DNA from: Gemmatimonadota bacterium
Lineage (GTDB): Bacteria > Gemmatimonadota > Gemmatimonadetes > Gemmatimonadales > GWC2-71-9
Length of the DNA stretch: 64,000 nt
Direction: 5' to 3'
NCBI GenBank assembly: GCA_039586365.1
Contig: JBDHKN010000017.1
Span: 1 to 64,000, forward strand
Below the pieces are notes generated by a model, which saw only the letters and a program-made list of their open reading frames with translations, was not told where the DNA came from and did not search any database. Shown here piece by piece: positions 57,977 through 64,000 of this stretch. A program made the position numbers and the translations under genes. Positions within the stretch are counted from its first letter, which is position 1. Each line of letters opens with the position of its first letter.

Positions 57977-58996
57977 ATGTGTGCCGCGGCTGCGAAACTC
58001 GACACCCCCGTGGGCCGCGAGAAGCGGGCGTACGTGCGTGAGATGTTCACGGCAATTGCACCACGCTACGACCTCCTCAATCATCTCCTGAGCCTAAACG
58101 TGGACAAACGTTGGCGCCGACTCACCATCGACCGCCTGGGTTGGGAGGAAGCCCTGCAGGGTCGATACCTCGACCTGTGCGCGGGCACCTGCGACCTCGG
58201 TGGGAAACTCGTAAAGCGTAGCGGCTTCAAGGGGCACGTTGTTGCCGCCGATTTCGTGTCCCCGATGCTCGCGAGAGGTAGGCAGAAGTACCCAGCCAAA
58301 GGCGCCGTCGCAACCGACGCTGCGCAACTGCGTTTTCCCGATGCGCACTTCGACGGCTGCGTCGTTGGCTTCGGTGTGAGGAACCTCGCTGACCTCGACG
58401 CTGGACTGGCTGAGATCGCTCGGGTGCTCAAACCCGGCAAAGGCGTGGTTGTGCTCGAGTTCTCGACACCCTCGTCCTGGGTGCCAAGGCAGCTGTATGC
58501 GTTCTATTTCCGGCACGTACTTCCCTTGGTCGGTTGCGTAGTGTCGAAACATATGACTGCCTACAGGTACCTGCCAGATTCGGTGCGCCAAGCCCCACAG
58601 GATGGAGCTCTCGTGGACCTTCTCGAACGGAGTGGCTTCGACGGGGTGCGTCAGCAGCGACTGACAGCAGGAATTGCATCGCTCTATTGGGGGGATTGCC
58701 ACCTGAGACCAATAGCATTGCGGAACCACCGCGCGATCGGAGCACTGTGGATGGGACGTCGTGATCCCCTAGTGCTCCACGACGCACAGGTAGTGCCTGA
58801 CGTGAGTTCAGTTGGCGGGTTCGGGACGTGCTGGCGCCGTTATGGACGGGGCGTTTGCGAGCCCGTGCTCCCAGACCGTGAGCCGGATATGCAGCACGTT
58901 AATTTATTACATGACTTAATGTTAACTTCACGGCGTTCTACGGTTATCTGGGCAATAGTCCCCCCTCAGTCAGCGGAACACGGGCGGCGAATGTGA
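57977..58996 (+). CDS. ubiE: UbiE/MenG methyltransferase with aberrant C-terminal extension (possibly decaying)
   Basis: MF..IA.RYD.LN.LLS, LDLCAGT.D, FGVRN, RVLKPG, LEFS, AY.YLP.S; family similarity ends near 58695. Confidence 0.8.
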   Translation: MCAAAAKLDTPVGREKRAYVREMFTAIAPRYDLLNHLLSLNVDKRWRRLTIDRLGWEEALQGRYLDLCAGTCDLGGKLVKRSGFKGHVVAADFVSPMLARGRQKYPAKGAVATDAAQLRFPDAHFDGCVVGFGVRNLADLDAGLAEIARVLKPGKGVVVLEFSTPSSWVPRQLYAFYFRHVLPLVGCVVSKHMTAYRYLPDSVRQAPQDGALVDLLERSGFDGVRQQRLTAGIASLYWGDCHLRPIALRNHRAIGALWMGRRDPLVLHDAQVVPDVSSVGGFGTCWRRYGRGVCEPVLPDREPDMQHVNLLHDLMLTSRRSTVIWAIVPPQSAEHGRRM

Positions 58997-59365
58997 TTGG
59001 GAGCATCGGATTCTGGAGTTGCAGTGAAGGTGGTCGAAACCGAGCCGTGCAGAGTGGATCAGGGGCTGCGAGCAGGCCTTCTGCGTCCGAGCGGAGTATC
59101 TACCAGAGCGACCGCAAGGAGTTGAGCTGTCGCGGTGTTGCAGGCGGGACGATCCTGGGGGCCAGACCCCGGCGGGAAGGCAGCAAACGGCCCAAGCGGA
59201 GGCAGGGCAAGGTGAAACCGGCAGCCGTTCCGCGGGAGCAGCCAGCTCCACCTGCGCCACAGCGCCATCCGCTCAAATCGCCGACCCCTAACCGGCGGGG
59301 CCAGTGACACGGCTGCGGGCCGATCCATGCGTGGGGAGATCGGGCACGCCGAGCCGTGGTGATGC

Positions 59366-59851
59366 ATGCGGCTCGGACTGATCTCAGATACCCATGGCAG
59401 GCTACGACCGGAGGTGTTCGCCGTGTTCGCTGGGGTCGACCGCGTTCTCCATTGCGGAGATATCGGGTCCATCGGTCTCCTCCATGAGCTGGAGACCCTC
59501 GCTCCTGTCACAGCCGTCTACGGCAATACAGATGGCTTCGAGTTGCGGGCCAGCCTTCCCCAGGTGGTCGAGCTCGAGCTTGACGGGTTGATGACGGTGG
59601 TCACACATGGAGATCAGTTTGGGTCGCCTACGCCGCTCCGTCTCAGACAGGCGTTCCCGCACGCCGAGATCATCGGATTTGGCCACACCCATAGACCGGT
59701 GCTCGAATTGGTGGACCACACAGTCACAATCGTCAATCCTGGATCGGCGGGAGCTGCTCGTTTTGGATTGGGACCTTCAGTCGCGGTAATGGAACTCGAG
59801 CCTGGGCTCCCGCCGAGAGCTCGGTTGGTTCAGCTACGCTCCCAACGTTAG
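59366..59851 (+). CDS. YfcE/MJ0936-type metallophosphoesterase
   Basis: ISDTHG, HCGD, GNTD, THG, GHTH, NPGS. Confidence 0.92.
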   Translation: MRLGLISDTHGRLRPEVFAVFAGVDRVLHCGDIGSIGLLHELETLAPVTAVYGNTDGFELRASLPQVVELELDGLMTVVTHGDQFGSPTPLRLRQAFPHAEIIGFGHTHRPVLELVDHTVTIVNPGSAGAARFGLGPSVAVMELEPGLPPRARLVQLRSQR

Positions 59852-60814
59852 CATGAGGTATGTGATATAGGTGGCGAAGCCGACCAACAGGATCAGCCCG
59901 TCCCATCTTCCCACTCGGCGACCCATCCACATCAGGGGGAACATCGCCGCGCAGAACGCCACCATCACCCAGTTATCCAAAGTGGCTGCCTGAGCGAGGA
60001 TCGGCACGGGGTATACCAACGCCGTCGCCCCAAGAACGCCCAGTAAATTGAACAAGTTGGAGCCGATGATGTTTGCGAGAGCGATCTCAGGCTCTTTTCG
60101 CTTGGCGGCTACGAGGCTGGTCGCCAGTTCTGGTAGGCTGGTGCCCATGGCCACTACGGTCAGGCCGATTATGCGTTCGTTTACTCTCCAGATCTCAGCT
60201 AGACTGACCGCGCCGCGCACGACCTGGTCGGCGCCGAGTACGAGGGCAACTACACCTACGGTGATGAGCAGGGCGTTGCGGCTCCAAGCCCGTCCAGCAC
60301 CGGCCTTCAGGTGAGCAGCGCGCTGCACGTCGCGTTCTATGGCGCTGGCTTCGTCTGGGACCACTTCTCTCCGGGCCAGCCACACTATGTACGCCGTGAA
60401 CAGCGAAAGCACAGCGATTAAGAAGACGCCCTCCAACCGGTCAATCCATCTGTCGCGGCACAGCAGCAATACCAGGCCGGCGACCGTGAGCATGAACGGG
60501 TACTCGATTTGAATGGTCTGGCGCCTAACCGCGATGGGAGCCACAAGTGCCGCCACTCCCAGAATCATACCGATATTGAAGATGGTTGAACCGATGATGT
60601 TGCCGTACGCGAGCCCGGTTACACCTCTCGCTGCAGCACCCACGCTGACGGCCAGCTCCGGCAGACTGGTGCCCATAGCCACTACAGTCAGGCCCACGAC
60701 CGTGGTAGACAATCGTGCCAGCAGCGCGAGCCTGGTCGCGCCGCGAACGAGGTAGTCTCCACCGAGGAAAAGGACCACCAGTCCCACAATCAGTTGGCCG
60801 ATGCCGATCACCAT
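59834..60814 (-). CDS. Calcium/sodium antiporter (CaCA, YrbG-like)
   Basis: Two alpha repeats GLTVVAMGTSLPEL...GN/AN-IIGS..FN. Confidence 0.94.
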   Translation of the reverse strand: MVIGIGQLIVGLVVLFLGGDYLVRGATRLALLARLSTTVVGLTVVAMGTSLPELAVSVGAAARGVTGLAYGNIIGSTIFNIGMILGVAALVAPIAVRRQTIQIEYPFMLTVAGLVLLLCRDRWIDRLEGVFLIAVLSLFTAYIVWLARREVVPDEASAIERDVQRAAHLKAGAGRAWSRNALLITVGVVALVLGADQVVRGAVSLAEIWRVNERIIGLTVVAMGTSLPELATSLVAAKRKEPEIALANIIGSNLFNLLGVLGATALVYPVPILAQAATLDNWVMVAFCAAMFPLMWMGRRVGRWDGLILLVGFATYITYLMLTLGA

Positions 60815-60824
60815 GAGGTTCGCC

Positions 60825-61949
60825 TCATAACCTCTCGTCATCAATCGGGGAGGGAGTCTCCTCACTCAACCATTCGTCGAACGATACCGTACGGGTCAAC
60901 GCGCCAGGTCGCCGGCGGAACCATTGAAGCAACAGCAGCATCTCGTCAATTGCACCCTGGGGCAAGGATGATCCTGACACTGGTTTCCACTCGGCATGTT
61001 CCGCAACCAGGGCGCGGAACGCCTCTCGCTCGATCGGCGTTCGTGGAACCGGTGCAGCCGCGCGCACTGCCGCGTGGTTGATGACATACGCGCGATCGTC
61101 GCCGTAGGTACCCGGGTCGAGGTACACGAAACTCAGCGACGCGACCGCTGCTCGTGACCGTGCCGAGGCGCTGAGCAGCCATTCGAGGTGGTCGAATTTG
61201 TTGCGCCACCACGCCGCCAACTCGAAATCACTCCTGTCGCTCGCGGCAGTCATCTCAGTGACCACGCGGTCGAGGGGTGCAATGGCGTTGGCCTCGAGGA
61301 AATCGATCGCGGTCTGGAGTCGCTCCTGGTATTCGGACTCGCTCACCAGAGCGGCACAGGGTCCGGTGCACTGCCCCAGGTCGTACCTGAGGCAACCTGC
61401 TCTTCGCGTCGGTCCGAACAGGTCTTTTTGCTCGGGAAAACTGATCGGCATTCTCAAGGAGCAGTCGCGCAGACCCATGAGGTCGTTCAGCACACGGATC
61501 GCTTCCCGCAGGCGCGTCAGTCCGCTATAGGGACCGTAGTGGATGGTGCCATCAGAGCCCGGCGAGGTCCCAACGTAGATCTTGGGAGCCGGTCCCTGCG
61601 AGATCTTGATGAAGCCGGCGCGCCGATTGCGATTCATTCGGACGTTGAACACTGGTCTGTAGCGCAAGATTTGCCGCAACTCCCCCAACAATGCGGCGAA
61701 CTCCGAAGGCATATCGTCCCACTCGATATCGGTGGTGGAGTTGAGGATGCGAGCGCCTTTGTCTTCGGGGTAACGGGCGCGGAAATAGGAAAGCAGCCGG
61801 TTCCGCAGCCGTTTTGCCTTACCCACGTACACTACTCGGCCGGCGGCATCGAGCATGCGGTAGACAGCAGGCCGGTTCTCCGCTAAAGCTAGGACACGGC
61901 GTCGCAACCTACGTTGGTCGGTTAACGGTAGTTCCAAGGTCGCCGTCAT
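60825..61949 (-). CDS. GIY-YIG nuclease with UvrB/C motif (Cho/UvrC N-terminal-like)
   Basis: PAVY.M.D..G.V.YVGKA..LR.RL.SYF, E...I....P.FN, Cys cluster, M..AS...FE.AA.WR. Confidence 0.88.
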   Translation of the reverse strand: MTATLELPLTDQRRLRRRVLALAENRPAVYRMLDAAGRVVYVGKAKRLRNRLLSYFRARYPEDKGARILNSTTDIEWDDMPSEFAALLGELRQILRYRPVFNVRMNRNRRAGFIKISQGPAPKIYVGTSPGSDGTIHYGPYSGLTRLREAIRVLNDLMGLRDCSLRMPISFPEQKDLFGPTRRAGCLRYDLGQCTGPCAALVSESEYQERLQTAIDFLEANAIAPLDRVVTEMTAASDRSDFELAAWWRNKFDHLEWLLSASARSRAAVASLSFVYLDPGTYGDDRAYVINHAAVRAAAPVPRTPIEREAFRALVAEHAEWKPVSGSSLPQGAIDEMLLLLQWFRRRPGALTRTVSFDEWLSEETPSPIDDERL

Positions 61950-61979
61950 CGATGTTCCCCGGGCGCGTGCGGTCTCATC

Positions 61980-62816
61980 TCAAGACGGAGTACCCTGGCA
62001 CCTCCAGCAGAAGTAGGTCGCCCGGCCGTCGATGGCATGTGTCGTTGCCAGGTGCGTCCCACATTCAGTACATGGTCTACCCGCGCGCCCATAGACCAGC
62101 AGAGATTCCTGAAAGGAGCCGCGCTGTCCGGTACCGGTTCTGTAGTCTCGAAAAGTCGTTCCTTGAGCCGCAATGGCCTCCCCTAATACTGCACGCAGTT
62201 CCCGATAGAGGCGCTCGAGACTATGACGGTCGAGCTTGTCGGTCCTGCGTGACGGATCAATAGCAGCCCTGAACAGCGCCTCGTTCGCGTATATGTTGCC
62301 AACGCCGGCGATACGTGCTTGGTCCATCAGGGTTTTCTTGATTGCCTGACGAGTGCCACGCAGCCGTGCCGCGAACTTGGCAATGTCGAACGCGTCGTCC
62401 AGGGGCTCAGGGCCGATGCGAGCAGTATAGGATAGCCACGCCTTCTCCTGCAACAAGTGGATGGTTCCGAGCCGCCGGACGTCCCGATACACAAACGTCT
62501 CCCGCCGACCGACCTTCATCTCCAGTACGGCGTAGCGCTGCTCTGCTGTCCGGAGACTCCGAGGATAGACGATAAGCGTGCCCGTCATCCGGGGCTGAAT
62601 AATCAGTCGTAGGCCGTTGCGGAGCAGAAGCACTGCGTGTTTGGCGCGGCGGGACACGCGTTCCACCCGCTGGCCGTCGAGGGAGCTGATGAAGCGGCGT
62701 CGACTGATCCCTCGGAGCACGTCTGTCTTGTGCAGTTGAGGGTTTCGTAGGGTTCTTCCAGTCAGGTGTGGGGCGATATCGCGGACAATCGTCTCGACTT
62801 CAGGCAGCTCCGGCAC
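61980..62816 (-). CDS. mutM: Formamidopyrimidine-DNA glycosylase
   Basis: PELPEVE, RRAK, MTG, D.RR.G, GVGNIYA.E.LF, C-terminal C4 zinc finger. Confidence 0.96.
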   Translation of the reverse strand: MPELPEVETIVRDIAPHLTGRTLRNPQLHKTDVLRGISRRRFISSLDGQRVERVSRRAKHAVLLLRNGLRLIIQPRMTGTLIVYPRSLRTAEQRYAVLEMKVGRRETFVYRDVRRLGTIHLLQEKAWLSYTARIGPEPLDDAFDIAKFAARLRGTRQAIKKTLMDQARIAGVGNIYANEALFRAAIDPSRRTDKLDRHSLERLYRELRAVLGEAIAAQGTTFRDYRTGTGQRGSFQESLLVYGRAGRPCTECGTHLATTHAIDGRATYFCWRCQGTPS

Positions 62817-64000
62817 GAGCAACCTCACGCCATGCGATGTCTCGTCGGTACACCTTTCCCTCGAAGTTGACGGCCTCGGCGAGTTCGCGACTTCGCTCGG
62901 CGGCCTCGGACACGTCTGCTCCCAGACCGGTGGCGCACAATACTCGGCCGCCGGCTGTTAGCAGATTCCCGGACCGGTCAAGGCACGTGCCGGCGTGGAA
63001 CAGGAGAGTCTCTTGGTGTAGCTCGACAGGAATCGAGATCACCTTGCCCTTAGCCGGAGCATCGGGGTAGCCCGCTGAAGCCAAGACAGTTGTCACGGCC
63101 GCCTTGTCCGGTGCCCAGCTGTCCTGCGTCGGGCGCCAAGGCTCTCCTGACGCGATTTGCCACATGTGCTCCAGGAGACCGCCGTCGGCTATTGGGAGCA
63201 CCGCCTGGGCTTCAGGATCACCAAAGCGACAGTTGAACTCCAGGACTTTCGGGTCTCCGGCCGCGGTGATCATGATCCCGGCATACAGTACGCCGTGGTA
63301 TGGTGCTCCCAGATCTGCCAAGTGCCGCAGCACGGGTCGGATGACTTCCGCAGACACCCGCGCAAGCAACTCAGGAGTCGCCGGCGACACTGGTGTGTAT
63401 GCTCCCATCCCGCCTGTGTTGGGGCCGCTGTCTCCTTCACCCAGACGCTTGTGGTCCTGGGATGACGGCAGGAGCATGATTTGCTCCCCATCAGTGAGCG
63501 CGAGCACCGAGAGCTCTTCACCCTCGAGACATTCCTCAACCAGGACGCGCTCACCAGCACTGCCAAATCTGCCCGCGAACATCTGACGGGCGGCTGTCTC
63601 GGCCGCTGCACGAGATTGGCACACGATAGCGCCTTTGCCAGCCGCCAGACCGGAAGCTTTGACCACTAGAGGCTCAGGGTGAGATTGGATGAAGCTGACC
63701 GCTTGCTGCTCATCCGTGAAGATGGTGGCTTGAGCCGTGGGAACCTCGGACTGCAGCATGATCTCTTTGGCGAAAGCCTTCGAGGCTTCGATTCTGGCTG
63801 CGTTCGCTTTGGGTCCGAACGCGGCGTAGCCGGCCTGGTCCAGACTGTCAACCAGTCCTGTGGCGAGTGGAGCCTCGGGCCCGATGACGGTGAGATCGAT
63901 CTTGTGTTCACCCACTGCCGACACGATGGATGCGTGGTCGGCAGGGTCGAGCGGCAGATTCGTGCCGAGTTGGGCGGTACCCGGATTCCCCGGGGCGCAG
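62800..64000 (-). CDS. purD: Phosphoribosylamine--glycine ligase (5'-truncated by window edge)
   Basis: APGNPG at edge, GPEAPL, KASGLAAGKG, QDHKR..GD.GPNTGGMGAY, EFNCRFGDPE. Confidence 0.97.
   Translation of the reverse strand, partial: CAPGNPGTAQLGTNLPLDPADHASIVSAVGEHKIDLTVIGPEAPLATGLVDSLDQAGYAAFGPKANAARIEASKAFAKEIMLQSEVPTAQATIFTDEQQAVSFIQSHPEPLVVKASGLAAGKGAIVCQSRAAAETAARQMFAGRFGSAGERVLVEECLEGEELSVLALTDGEQIMLLPSSQDHKRLGEGDSGPNTGGMGAYTPVSPATPELLARVSAEVIRPVLRHLADLGAPYHGVLYAGIMITAAGDPKVLEFNCRFGDPEAQAVLPIADGGLLEHMWQIASGEPWRPTQDSWAPDKAAVTTVLASAGYPDAPAKGKVISIPVELHQETLLFHAGTCLDRSGNLLTAGGRVLCATGLGADVSEAAERSRELAEAVNFEGKVYRRDIAWREVARAGAA

Noticed and set aside
58900..58927. dif site (TAATGTTAACT resembles a XerD arm)
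   Set aside because: The XerC-arm position (TAATTTATTAC) does not fit the consensus
59158..59195. SRP RNA-like word GCCAGACCCCGGCGGGAAGGCAGC
   Set aside because: Lacks the CAGG/GNRA/AGCAG register and the long flanking helix
1..64000. Numerous overlapping or antisense ORFs in the ORF track (e.g. 5126-5836, 23002-23751, 47786-48490, 61188-61886)
   Set aside because: Shadow frames of GC-rich genes; Arg/Ser/Pro-rich with no recognisable motifs

Overview
Gene-dense, GC-rich bacterial chromosomal segment of mostly housekeeping and metabolic genes. Protein families (e.g. the 'VVRDSxGxTIxE' beta-propeller lipoproteins) suggest phylum Gemmatimonadota; this is inference only. Content in order: end of an F0+delta ATP synthase operon that stops before the F1 genes; TPM / degenerate nucleotidyltransferase / LemA; ferredoxin, cupin and sugar nucleotidyltransferase; a DUF885 / CC-terminal small protein / ArsA(Get3)-like ATPase / CstA module; assorted enzymes; two tandem beta-propeller lipoproteins; ligA-polX; CDGSH-etfBA-ETF:quinone oxidoreductase; an SSS transporter, atypical biotin ligase, oadGAB Na+ pump and malic enzyme; queD-mobA-moeA; guaB, alanine/glycine symporter, nrnA, mrp; an ECF sigma/anti-sigma operon; a possibly decaying ubiE; purD-mutM-GIY-YIG nuclease-Ca/Na antiporter. 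No rRNA, tRNA, CRISPR array, transposase or integrase was recognised. Best leads: (i) a multi-stem leader RNA at ~5566-5690 starting right behind a sigma70-like promoter, (ii) the CC-protein/ArsA/CstA/DUF885 module, (iii) the biotin-ligase/Oad cluster with matched non-canonical motifs, (iv) an ETF-QO with only three cluster cysteines, (v) a structured atpB-atpE spacer. Product calls come from motif recognition by eye, without database searches. Several starts were moved from the ORF track to more plausible codons.
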